Positions 15,352-23,650 of a stretch of DNA of 32,000 nt are shown piece by piece. The notes beneath the pieces are model-generated. The model made no database searches and was not told the DNA's origin. It saw only the letters and a program-made list of their open reading frames with translations. The stretch is from Pyrolobus fumarii 1A. GTDB lineage: Archaea > Thermoproteota > Thermoprotei_A > Sulfolobales > Pyrodictiaceae. Each line of letters begins with the position of its first letter. Position 1 is the stretch's first letter. The stretch is taken from NCBI RefSeq assembly GCF_000223395.1, contig NC_015931.1, positions 1,710,001-1,742,000 of the forward strand, in the 5' to 3' direction. Both the position numbers and the translations under genes were made by a program.

Positions 15352-16773
15352 TTAGATGGCTCTGCCACCTACAGCAACGCTCTTCACTCTAACGTGTGGG
15401 CCACCGTCGCTAACGTACACCATTTGCACCTTCCCGCACATGCCGTAGTGTAGCTCAAAGTCCTTGCCAACAGCATCTATGTTCATGAGCGTCTCTAGCG
15501 TGTTGCCGGAGATGCTGAGCCCGCGGACAGGCTCACCAATCTCGCCATTTACTATCTCGTAGGCCTCCTGTACTCCAACTTGGAAGTTGCCATCCGTGTT
15601 AGCCTGGCCGCCCAGGTGCGACACGAGGTAATACCCGAACTTTATGCCCTCGAATAGCTCCTCAACGCTATGATCGCCCGGCAGCATCACAGTATTCCTC
15701 ATCCTTATCAACGGCGGCACCCTGAAGCTCTCTGCCCGCGCGTTACCCGTGGGGTCCGTGCCAAGTATGGAGGCGTAGACGCGGTCTACCATCAGCTGTT
15801 TGAGTATACCCTTCTCGACTAGTACAGCTCTCGCTGCCGATACGCCCTCGTCGTCAAACTTGAATGTGCCGAAGCCATCGTCTAACGTCGGGTCGTCAAC
15901 TATGCTGACATGTTCGCTTGCAACCTTCTGACCCAGTTTACCCTTCACGACGCTACCCGCGAGGGTGAGGTCAGCCTCGGTGAGGTGCCCGAAAGCCTCA
16001 TGCACGAATACACCCAGCACCTCCGGAGCAATCACGACCGGGTAGTTGCCTGCCTTTGGCGTCTTGGCTCGCAGCTGCTTCTCCAGCCTAGAGGCCACAG
16101 TCTTCGCGATATCCTCTATGCTCTTCTTCGACCATAGCGCGTAGCCCCTCGTGGTGCCAACACGCTCGATAGCCTCAGCCATCACATCACCCTCCCTTGC
16201 CGTCGCGACAACACCAAGGTATGTGATGTTCTTCTCCTCTCTGATCTTCCTACCCTCTGTGCTCACATAGATCTTCACGCTAGTCAACTCGCGGTATATG
16301 ATATCGCGGCTCTTGATGCTCTTAAGGAGGTTTGTCAGCGTCCTATCCAACTCCATGAGGTCCTTAACCTTCTCCTCTATGCTAACGTCGCGGGGGTCAC
16401 GGCTTACAGGCCATACATGCTCGGCTTCCAAAGCGTCAAGCAGGTACGGCCTGACGTTCATCCTTTTTGGGCTGGCAGCCATCGCCCTCGCCATACTATA
16501 GGCTTCGTGCAACGCCTTCCTCAGCGACTCGAGGTCGAGCCTAGTAGTGTAGGCGAACCCATAGCCGCCGTCCACGAACACTCTTACAGACGCGCCGCGA
16601 TCGACACCCGGGCTGATAGTATCCACGGTACCATCACGAAGCCGGATATAGAGCAGGTCGTTATGCTCTACCCGAACATCCGCGAGTATCACGCCCTGGA
16701 GCTTCTCAGCCTCAACCATAAGCTTCTCTGCGATTTCTGTTACTCCATTGAGGCTCATCTCTTCCAACCTCAC
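15352..16773 (-). CDS. tldD: TldD-family zinc metalloprotease
   Basis: The 473-aa ORF has the catalytic HEAFGH (HExxxH) in VFVHEAFGHLTEADL. It also has the conserved C-terminal GMCGK and glycine-rich TldD blocks. Confidence 0.8.
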   Translation of the reverse strand: MRLEEMSLNGVTEIAEKLMVEAEKLQGVILADVRVEHNDLLYIRLRDGTVDTISPGVDRGASVRVFVDGGYGFAYTTRLDLESLRKALHEAYSMARAMAASPKRMNVRPYLLDALEAEHVWPVSRDPRDVSIEEKVKDLMELDRTLTNLLKSIKSRDIIYRELTSVKIYVSTEGRKIREEKNITYLGVVATAREGDVMAEAIERVGTTRGYALWSKKSIEDIAKTVASRLEKQLRAKTPKAGNYPVVIAPEVLGVFVHEAFGHLTEADLTLAGSVVKGKLGQKVASEHVSIVDDPTLDDGFGTFKFDDEGVSAARAVLVEKGILKQLMVDRVYASILGTDPTGNARAESFRVPPLIRMRNTVMLPGDHSVEELFEGIKFGYYLVSHLGGQANTDGNFQVGVQEAYEIVNGEIGEPVRGLSISGNTLETLMNIDAVGKDFELHYGMCGKVQMVYVSDGGPHVRVKSVAVGGRAI

Positions 16774-16797
16774 ACGGTAATCGAGGTGTTCGGCTGG

Positions 16798-17880
16798 TTA
16801 AACGGATAGCCTCGGCTCACAACCGACGCCAGGGCCTCTAGGCGGAGCGACCATCACACCATCGTACACCTTGCAGGCTGCCGGGTCCCGCTCCAGGAGG
16901 AGCGGCGCGTCCAAGTCGACAAACGACGGCTTGACTGTAGAGACGGCATGAACAGCATGACTTATACCGAGGCTAGTCTCGAGCATACAACCTACCATCG
17001 CCTCTAGACCCATATCGACACTAGCCTGGAGTATCCGCGCTGCGCGCAACGGCCCACCAACGCGAGACACCTTCACGTTGACAACGCCCCGGAACCCGAG
17101 CCCGACAAGCTCCGCCAGGTCGTGCATGTCCATTACGCTCTCATCAACGGCTATCGGTATAGGGGAGCGCCTGGATAGCTCGGCTAGACCCCTTAGATCC
17201 CACGCCGGTAGAGGCTGCTCGACGAGCATTACTCCGAGAGACTCCAGCCTCGGTATCACCTTGTTAGCCGCCGCTAGGCTCCACGCCTGGTTAGCATCAA
17301 CCATTATCTCCGCGTCATCCCCGACAGCCTTGCGCACCGCCTCGACGCGCGCAATGTCGAGCGAAGGGGGCCCACCCAGCTTCAACTTGAGACGACGGAA
17401 GCCCTTTTCCACAGCCTCAGCAGCCTTTGACGCCATCACCTCTGGCTCGTCAAGGCTTATAGTGAAGCTTGTCCGGAGAGGTTCACTCCTACAGCCCCCG
17501 AGTAGCGCGCAGAGCGGCGCTCCAATGCTCCTCGAGTACGCGTCTAGAAGCGCAGACTCTAGCGCGGCCCTCGCAGCGGGAGAGCGTGGCAAGAGCCTCG
17601 AGAGTAGCTCTAGAGCGTCGCTTAGCTCCTCCGGGAGGCGTATGCCTGGCAAGTGTTGAGAGGCTATTCTAGCCGCCTCTAGAGCCGCGCGTGGATACTC
17701 GCCGGTTATGCGCGGGGCTGGCGCCCCCTCACCCCACCCGACACTCCCATCGTCAAGAGTAACTTTGACATAGAGAGTCTCGACCCTGGTCTCGGCGCCA
17801 AGCGCGATACGGAAGACGCCACGAACACGAACCTCTAGCGTGAAAACCTCGACGCTGGACACGCGCGGCAGGGCCTGCAC
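16798..17880 (-). CDS. Enolase-superfamily epimerase/racemase (dipeptide epimerase or N-acetyl-D-Glu racemase DgcA-like)
   Basis: It has the MR/MLE-subgroup layout. The N-terminal capping domain is VKVTLDDGSVGWGEG. The KxK-like strand is RLKLKLGG. The metal ligands are in MVDANQAW, LVEQPL and AVDESV. Confidence 0.7.
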   Translation of the reverse strand: MQALPRVSSVEVFTLEVRVRGVFRIALGAETRVETLYVKVTLDDGSVGWGEGAPAPRITGEYPRAALEAARIASQHLPGIRLPEELSDALELLSRLLPRSPAARAALESALLDAYSRSIGAPLCALLGGCRSEPLRTSFTISLDEPEVMASKAAEAVEKGFRRLKLKLGGPPSLDIARVEAVRKAVGDDAEIMVDANQAWSLAAANKVIPRLESLGVMLVEQPLPAWDLRGLAELSRRSPIPIAVDESVMDMHDLAELVGLGFRGVVNVKVSRVGGPLRAARILQASVDMGLEAMVGCMLETSLGISHAVHAVSTVKPSFVDLDAPLLLERDPAACKVYDGVMVAPPRGPGVGCEPRLSV

Positions 17881-17891
17881 CCTAAAAAGCC

Positions 17892-18983
17892 TCAGAAGCC
17901 CTCGGAGATAATCCTCTCAGCCACCTTGCCCATCCCGTGTATGAGCGGGTCAACCGCCGGCGCCGAGAACCTCTCCTCATAGAACTTTGCCACTTCATCA
18001 GCCTTGCCACGGTAGTGCTCGCTAGTGTTGAGGGCCAATCCGGCTAGCCTAGCCGAGGGGTACGGGTTAAGCCTCATTAGCATCTCTAGCTCCTCCTCGG
18101 GCTCCGGCATAGGCAGCCCGAGGTGCTCGAAGGCCGCCCTCACCCTCCTCCCCGGCACGTGCGCCAATACTATGTGGGTGGGAGAGACGCCACGAAGTAT
18201 ACCAAGGCTTACGTGCCCATAAGCCGGGTGTAGTATCGCAGCCTGCCCCTCGACAACGATAACCTCGCAGCCGTCCCCATCCGCCTCTACGACGAACTTC
18301 TCCACAACACCGGCGATAAAGTCGGAAGGTATAGCGTCTATCACCGCTCCCCTAGCGCCGAGAAGGAGCATAGTCTGCCCCGTGCCGACCATACAGGCTT
18401 TCACACCACGCCTCTTAAGCTCCAGGTATAGCTCCATAGTCGCGATGTTCTTGCCGGCCTCACAGTCAGTCCCGGCGACCAAGACGCGCTTGGCACGCGT
18501 CTTTAGCACGGAGCCGTCCCATATGCGGAATAGGCTCTTGTCAGGCTTCCTCACGTCGACTATGCGGGCGCCGCTCTTCTTGGCAGCTTCTACCGCCTCG
18601 GGATCCTCCGAGAGGAAGTGATGGAGACCATTGTAGACGTCTAGGCCCTCCTCGAGAGCACGGATAATGTCTCTCTTCCACCCTGGCGGTATATACCCGC
18701 CGACAGTAGCCGCGCCGATGATAAACGCCCTCGGCTTGTACCTCAACGCGTCCTCTAGGCTAGCCACGACGGGTATTCCGCGAGGCCCAACACCCACAAC
18801 CTCACCAGCATCTCTACCCGCATTCTCCGGGTCAACAACCGCGACAATCTCAAACCTCTCGCCACCCTTGTATATCACGAGATCGTTAGCAGTCTTGCCG
18901 AGCCCCTTGCCAAGCGCACCAGGAGCGTAGACAACCGCCGGCACCCTCTCCAAGACCAGCAGCCCTTGAACCACGCACACCAA
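17892..18983 (-). CDS. DUF1611-family protein (DgcN-like N-acetyltransferase family)
   Basis: The 363-aa ORF has the pattern VLVAGTDCEAGKNIATMELYLELKRRG...VVEGQAAILHPAYG, which I recognise from DUF1611 proteins. It lies 11 nt upstream of the enolase-family gene, the usual DUF1611/epimerase pairing. The true start may be an internal TTG/GTG near MERVPAVVYAPG. Confidence 0.6.
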   Translation of the reverse strand: MVCVVQGLLVLERVPAVVYAPGALGKGLGKTANDLVIYKGGERFEIVAVVDPENAGRDAGEVVGVGPRGIPVVASLEDALRYKPRAFIIGAATVGGYIPPGWKRDIIRALEEGLDVYNGLHHFLSEDPEAVEAAKKSGARIVDVRKPDKSLFRIWDGSVLKTRAKRVLVAGTDCEAGKNIATMELYLELKRRGVKACMVGTGQTMLLLGARGAVIDAIPSDFIAGVVEKFVVEADGDGCEVIVVEGQAAILHPAYGHVSLGILRGVSPTHIVLAHVPGRRVRAAFEHLGLPMPEPEEELEMLMRLNPYPSARLAGLALNTSEHYRGKADEVAKFYEERFSAPAVDPLIHGMGKVAERIISEGF

Positions 18984-19117
18984 GACCAGGTATAAAACGC
19001 GGGGTAGCTAGCAACCCCGACACTAATCCAGAGTAGGATGAGACACCATGCTATAACCACACTGCCGTGCACACGCTAGTGATTAGCGTATAGCGCGTCC
19101 ATTATTCTCGCGGATGT

Positions 19118-19196
19118 GGGCTCGGCCCCGGGCTATGAAGAACGTTGCCGGAGCTGAAACGTGATGTACTCTGGGGTGGCCCGGAGCCCGGGGCCC
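19118..19196. other. GC-rich imperfect inverted repeat in a 377-nt non-coding gap
   Basis: GGCCCCGGGC (19124-19133) is the exact reverse complement of GCCCGGGGCC (19186-19195), leaving a 52-nt loop. Both arms also contain the self-complementary CCCGGG. Confidence 0.25.
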
Positions 19197-19209
19197 TCCA
19201 GAAAACCAC

Positions 19210-19360
19210 ACCCAACACCAACAGCCACGCATCTAAAGAGCCAAACGCGTCCCTCCACAGCCCTCGCACCACAACACCAACAAGACCTTGGGACATGCGA
19301 GGGCCACAAGCAGCACAGAGTATACCGCATAGCAGCCGAACGCGGCAAAACGGCTAGCAT
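19210..19360 (-). repeat. GT-rich intergenic element (AC-rich on the plus strand), copy 3 of the dispersed family
   Basis: Read on the minus strand it carries TGCTAGC (19359-19353), GTTTTGCC (19351-19344), GGTCTTGT (19287-19280) and CTGTTGGTGT (19224-19215). This is the same order as copy 2 at 2295-2360. It also shares the 11-mer CGCACCACAAC (19265-19275) with 6972-6982. Confidence 0.5.
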
Positions 19361-19699
19361 CTACTCTTCCCTAGCCGCGCCCCTACACTCATACCCCATG
19401 TACCACGCTACAAGCCTCCTTATCAACTGTGAGACGCTCACCCCCATACGCTCTGCATGAGACCTAAACACCTGGTAGGAGTCTCGAGAGGCACGCAACG
19501 TGACGGTCTTAGGCCTGGAGCCTCTAGCGCAGCGCAACGGGTCATCTGGAAGCTCTTCCGGCTTAACATCACCCGATTCGAGCGCGGAAGCAAGCTGATC
19601 AAGCATGCTCTGCTTCACGCTGCTTCCAAGCCCTCGCAGCGACTCTGCAAGATCCGGCGGAAGCATAACAACTATGTTGAGCTTGTCTACACGCCTCAA
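19361..19699 (-). CDS. Hypothetical ribbon-helix-helix (CopG-like) DNA-binding protein
   Basis: The C-terminal KTVTLRASRDSYQVFRSHAERMGVSVSQLIRRLVAWYM fits a beta strand plus two helices. No adjacent toxin gene was recognised. Confidence 0.4.
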   Translation of the reverse strand: MRRVDKLNIVVMLPPDLAESLRGLGSSVKQSMLDQLASALESGDVKPEELPDDPLRCARGSRPKTVTLRASRDSYQVFRSHAERMGVSVSQLIRRLVAWYMGYECRGAAREE

Positions 19700-19844
19700 G
19701 GGGCACGCCCCCGGCCTAACAACCCAGTGTATAGAGCGGCGAGACGCCGCTGCTAGAAACCATAGGGCCTAGAAGGGCGCCACGTGTCGAAGGGAGTTCG
19801 AAAGAGGTGGAGGTGTGGAGGGGTAGAGTGTGACGCCCGGGCGC

Positions 19845-22298
19845 TTACTTCGCCCAATAAATGCCCTCGGCTATCTCCTCGGCGCCCTCGGGCGGCTCGC
19901 CAACCACTATCCTGGTCTTGTGGAGAGCCTCTAGCTCCTCCCTGAAGAGGTTGTACCTCTCGTCCTTGACGTGTATAGCGCCAGGCAGCTCCTGGGATAG
20001 CCTAAGGCCTAGTTTCTTCTTGAGGCCCCATATCGTGCTATCCAGCTTCATTACTAGCTCGAAGTCCTCGGGTTTCATGCTTGTCTCGATCGGCTCCGGG
20101 AACTTCTGCTTGTGCACGCTCTCACCGTAGAGCCTCCTGTAGAGCGCGTCCGTGACGAACGGCATTATCGGTGCGAGCATCCGGAGCACAGCGTCCAGCG
20201 CCGTGTGAAGCGTGTACCACGCCCCCGCCTGTTCCTCCCTACTCCACTTGCCATCCCTGTTGTACGCGCGAGACTTCACGACTTCGATGTAGTGATCGGC
20301 GAACACGTGCCAGGTGAACTCGTATATCGCGTGTATCGGGTCGTGGAAGTCTAGCTCCCCGCCCATCACCTCGTCCACCCTACGTATCGTCTCTGAGAGC
20401 TTGGCGAGTAGCGCCTCGTCGAGAGGCCTTAGCTTGTAGTTGATGCCCTCTCTCCTCGGGTCGGGGAACTGCGAGATGAACCTCGCAATGTTCCATAGCT
20501 TGGTTGCGAAGCGCCTGCCAGTCTCCAACACCTGCTCGGAGAACCGGTAGTCGTCGCCCAGCTTGGCTGCAGCAGCAGCCCAGAAGCGGAAGGCATCCGC
20601 GCCATACTTCGCTATGACCGGCTCCGGGTCTATGACGTTCCCGAGGCTCTTGTGCATCGGCCTGCCTCTCGGGTCCAGCCCCATGCCACTGACGCGCACC
20701 CTCTCGAAGGCAGGCTTACCGAGCAACTGATAGACCCTGAGAACCGTGAAGTACAGCCACGTGCGTATGATGTCAACACCCTGCGGCCTTATCGTGGAGG
20801 GTACCTCGCCCTTCCACACAGTCTCGAAGAGCTCCGGGCGCCTCATGTACCCCGAGGCGTATAGCACCGAGATGCTACTGTCGAACCACGTGTCGAAGAC
20901 CCTCGTCTCTCCCTCGAGCTCCTCGCGAGGCGCGCCACACTTGGGGCACTTGTCCCACGGTGGCTCCTCGAGCCACGGGCGGTAGTAGCGACCGGGCTCC
21001 GGGACGAGCTTGGCGCCACACTTCCTGCACGTCCAGAGTGGTATCTCAGTGCCATAGAACCTGGTTCTGGATATCGGCCAGTCGATGCGCAGACTATCAA
21101 TCCACTCTATGAGCCTCTTCCGGTGCTTCTCGGGATGGAACTTCATCCTCTCAACAATCTTCTTGAGCTCCTCGCGGAACTCCAGCTGCTTTAGGAACAG
21201 CTCCTTCACATGAATGATCTCGACCGGGGTCTTACAACGCCAGCAGACGGGCACGCTGTGTGTTATCCTCTGCTTCTTCACTAGCAGCCCCTTCTCCTCA
21301 AGCAGCCTGGCCATCTCCTCGCGAGCCTTCCTCACCGGCAGGCCTGCAAGAGGCCCTGCCATCTCGTTGAGCGTGCCATCGGGCTTCACGAGGAGCCTGG
21401 GCTTGAGCCCCAGGTCGCGGATTATCTCGACGTCCCTCCAGTCGCCATACGTAGAGACCATCATTATGCCAGTACCATACTTCGGGTCGACGTACTTGTG
21501 GGTGAGGATGGGCACCTCGTACCCATACACCGGGACTATCGCGTGCTTACCTAGCAGGTGCTTGTACCTCTCATCCTCCGGGTTGAAGACCACGGCGACA
21601 GTAGCGCCGATGAGCTCGGGCCTCGTCGTCGCTATGACTATCTCCTCGCCGGTCTCCTTCACCTTCCACCTCACATAGTAGAGGTAACCCTCCTCGTCAC
21701 GGTGCTCTATCTCGGCCTCGCTGAGGCTAGTCCTGCAGCGCGGGCACCACTCGACCGGGTGCTCCGCCTCGTAGACGAGCCCGCGCCTCCACAGCTCTAT
21801 GAAGGTGGCCTGGGTGAGCCTCCGGTACTCTGGCGAGTCCGTCCCACTCCTCCAGTACTCGAAGCTACACCCCAGCCTCTTCCATATCCTCACAAGCTCC
21901 TCCTCGACACGGTCAAGCTCCCTCTTACACATCTCGAGGAACTTGAGACGCCCCTCTTTCGTCTTGGCCACCTCGTGCGCCACTATCCCATACTTCTTTT
22001 CCACTGCAACCTCCACGGGCAGACCATTACGATCGGCGTACCACGGCACTAGGACGGCGTACCCCTTCATCCGCAGATACCGCGCCATCATATCGATCTG
22101 CGCGTAGTGCGCCGCGCCGCCCACATGCCACTTACCGCTGGGGTATGGGGGAGGCGTGTCTATGACGACAACGGGGCGCGGGTCCCCAGGCTTCCAGTCG
22201 AAGCGGTAGAGACCCTCCTCCTCCCACCTCTTGATAAGCTCCTCCTCGAGGCTAGGATCCCAACGCTTCTCCGTAATCCTAGGTTTGAACTCGTACAA
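19845..22298 (-). CDS. valS: Valine--tRNA ligase (class Ia aminoacyl-tRNA synthetase)
   Basis: Recognised blocks are VVVIDTPPPYPSGKWHVGG, IATTRPELIGATVAVVFNPEDERYKHLLGK, TGIMMVSTYGD, DTWFDSS, PMHKSLGN and several CxxC zinc knuckles. The track ORF extends to 22457, but those 53 extra codons look non-conserved. A TTG at 22298 gives M-YEFKPRITEKRWDPSLEEELIKRWEEEGLY and is preceded by GGGTGGGAG. Confidence 0.75.
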   Translation of the reverse strand: MYEFKPRITEKRWDPSLEEELIKRWEEEGLYRFDWKPGDPRPVVVIDTPPPYPSGKWHVGGAAHYAQIDMMARYLRMKGYAVLVPWYADRNGLPVEVAVEKKYGIVAHEVAKTKEGRLKFLEMCKRELDRVEEELVRIWKRLGCSFEYWRSGTDSPEYRRLTQATFIELWRRGLVYEAEHPVEWCPRCRTSLSEAEIEHRDEEGYLYYVRWKVKETGEEIVIATTRPELIGATVAVVFNPEDERYKHLLGKHAIVPVYGYEVPILTHKYVDPKYGTGIMMVSTYGDWRDVEIIRDLGLKPRLLVKPDGTLNEMAGPLAGLPVRKAREEMARLLEEKGLLVKKQRITHSVPVCWRCKTPVEIIHVKELFLKQLEFREELKKIVERMKFHPEKHRKRLIEWIDSLRIDWPISRTRFYGTEIPLWTCRKCGAKLVPEPGRYYRPWLEEPPWDKCPKCGAPREELEGETRVFDTWFDSSISVLYASGYMRRPELFETVWKGEVPSTIRPQGVDIIRTWLYFTVLRVYQLLGKPAFERVRVSGMGLDPRGRPMHKSLGNVIDPEPVIAKYGADAFRFWAAAAAKLGDDYRFSEQVLETGRRFATKLWNIARFISQFPDPRREGINYKLRPLDEALLAKLSETIRRVDEVMGGELDFHDPIHAIYEFTWHVFADHYIEVVKSRAYNRDGKWSREEQAGAWYTLHTALDAVLRMLAPIMPFVTDALYRRLYGESVHKQKFPEPIETSMKPEDFELVMKLDSTIWGLKKKLGLRLSQELPGAIHVKDERYNLFREELEALHKTRIVVGEPPEGAEEIAEGIYWAK

Positions 22299-22349
22299 TG
22301 GCTCCCACCCTCTCGGCAGAACCCTCGCCGCGACACCCGCCTCTACTCG

Positions 22350-22356
22350 AAAAATA
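22350..22356 (-). promoter_or_regulatory. Possible TATA-like box for valS
   Basis: The minus strand reads CCCTATTTTTCG. It lies about 50 nt upstream of the proposed TTG start at 22298 and downstream of the preceding PIN gene stop at 22470. Confidence 0.25.
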
Positions 22357-22469
22357 GGGTTTACACACCAACCCGTAGGAGTCCGCCACGAGCACCTCAC
22401 AGCATCCCATAGCCTGGATAAAAAGCTCAACTCTGCCGAGCTAGGCCTGTGACCCATGTATGGTATCGT

Positions 22470-22919
22470 CTATCTCCGTGTCCGCACGAGCAGTATGATG
22501 CTTGCATCGTAACCCTCAGCTTTGATGAATTTCAGGAGCGTTTCGTCAGCCGTTAGTAGCGCGGCTCCCTCGTGGAGCGCAGTAGAATAGAATATACAGT
22601 CGAATATGTCACGGTGTCCACGTAGCCTAAGCTCGAGTGCCGTAGCGATATGCTCAAAGCGCGGCTCTACAAGTTTCACATCCTCGCCTCTTATGAGCGC
22701 TTCTATGCCTTCGAGTGCCTCGCGTGGTAGTTTACCCAAGCCTCGTTTCTCAGCCGCCCTCGTGATAACCCCTAGCAGCTCTGGAAGCGCGAGAAGCGGG
22801 TATAGCAGCTCGTATCCCTGACTAGCATACTCCTCGACTATACCCGGGTCGATACCCCTAACGTTCACACCCAAGAAGGGCAAGACAAAGCTAGTGTCGA
22901 GTACAAGCCGAGGCTTCAC
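22470..22919 (-). CDS. vapC: PIN-domain toxin VapC
   Basis: It has LVLDTSFVL, LALPELL, DIFDCIFYSTAL and LLTADE, which are the four acidic PIN positions. The GTG start overlaps the antitoxin stop (GTGA). Confidence 0.75.
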   Translation of the reverse strand: MKPRLVLDTSFVLPFLGVNVRGIDPGIVEEYASQGYELLYPLLALPELLGVITRAAEKRGLGKLPREALEGIEALIRGEDVKLVEPRFEHIATALELRLRGHRDIFDCIFYSTALHEGAALLTADETLLKFIKAEGYDASIILLVRTRR

Positions 22920-23185
22920 GATAATCCAGCCTCGCTAAGCTCCTCGCCCACCCTCTCAACATCCTCGAGATCCACCTCGGCCCAGATGCCTCGCTTCTTG
23001 AGCAGCTTGGGCACCGGCTTCAACACTATCTCGCCATTAGCAATCCTAACTTCGAACTTGTCGCCCTCCCTCAGTCCAAGCTTCTCCACAACCTCCCTCG
23101 GCAGATAGACGGCAAACTTCCTGCCAAGGCGCACCTGCCAGACCAACACCAATCCACCAGGTTGCATTACTAAAGCCAGGCTCAT
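22916..23185 (-). CDS. vapB: AbrB/SpoVT-fold antitoxin VapB
   Basis: VRLGRKFAVYLPREVVEKLGLREGDKFEVRIANGEIVLKPV is a looped-hinge-helix (AbrB/MazE-like) pattern. The track ORF runs to 23299, but I prefer ATG 23185 or 23167. The start is uncertain. Confidence 0.65.
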   Translation of the reverse strand: MSLALVMQPGGLVLVWQVRLGRKFAVYLPREVVEKLGLREGDKFEVRIANGEIVLKPVPKLLKKRGIWAEVDLEDVERVGEELSEAGLS

Positions 23186-23309
23186 AATATCCTTAGAGGT
23201 GTCGCGAGCACCAGACAAGTCCGAACACCTACAATGTATCCTCGCCGCACAGCCCGTGGTAACCTGACGTAGCCGAGTTGTATAGCCAAGAGTCAACATG
23301 TCATCCTTG

Positions 23310-23323
23310 CTTTATTTTATAGC
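23310..23323. promoter_or_regulatory. AT-rich TATA-like box in the divergent vapBC/vapBC intergenic region
   Basis: CTTTATTTTATAGC sits in a locally AT-rich spacer of about 258 nt between the two divergently transcribed VapBC operons. It could act as a TATA box on either strand. Confidence 0.3.
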
Positions 23324-23443
23324 TCGTATCACCTTGTAAATGACCACATGTACATGCTAATTGCTGGGTTGTACACCCGTAGGAGTGTAGAATCGTATAT
23401 TGTTATACCCGTCGTATCGCGTTGAGGTAGTTGGGTGGCCTAG

Positions 23444-23650
23444 GTGCGGGAGTACGTCACAGTTAAGGTGTCAAGGAGAACCCTAGAGCAGCTTGAGAAT
23501 CTCAAGAAGGTGTTTAACGCGAGGAGTATAGATGATGTTATACAAAGGCTCCTCCGCGAGTATAGAAGTAGGCTTCTAGAGTCGCTTATGGGCGTTGACG
23601 CGGGAAGGGTATCAGAGTTTAGAGAGGAGGATAGATTTGACTCGCGTTGA
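23444..23650 (+). CDS. vapB: Small archaeal VapB-type antitoxin (DUF217-like pattern)
   Basis: MREYVTVKVSRRTLEQLENLKKVFNARSIDDVIQRLL is a short archaeal antitoxin pattern. It lies directly upstream of a PIN gene and overlaps it. Confidence 0.6.
   Translation: MREYVTVKVSRRTLEQLENLKKVFNARSIDDVIQRLLREYRSRLLESLMGVDAGRVSEFREEDRFDSR

Noticed and set aside
18875-19072. 65-aa hydrophobic ORF (MHGSVVIAWCLILLWISVGV...) that overlaps the 5' end of the DUF1611 gene.
   Set aside because: Most of it is an alternative frame of the DUF1611 coding region, and only about 29 codons are unique. There is no supporting signal.
19118-19360. Possible SRP RNA, RNase P RNA, tRNA or C/D-box sRNA in this and the other non-coding gaps (510-1212, 1904-2373, 8182-8334, 9229-9420, 13970-14267, 25784-25985, 29948-30354).
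   Set aside because: I looked for the tRNA T-loop (GGTTCGAATCC-like), the SRP helix-8 GGAA motif, and paired C (RUGAUGA) and D (CUGA) boxes on both strands, and found no convincing set. For example, the minus strand at 25912-25917 reads TGATGA but lacks a properly spaced CUGA. This is an eye scan only; tRNAscan-SE and cmscan should confirm.
23186-23299. 38-codon N-terminal extension of the AbrB-type antitoxin (track ORF start at 23299).
   Set aside because: The extension (MLTLGYTTRLRQVTTGCAARIHCRCSDLSG...) is not antitoxin-like. The TATA-like box at 23314-23321 is only about 15 nt from that ATG, so transcription probably starts at or after it. I cannot fully exclude a leaderless start at 23299.
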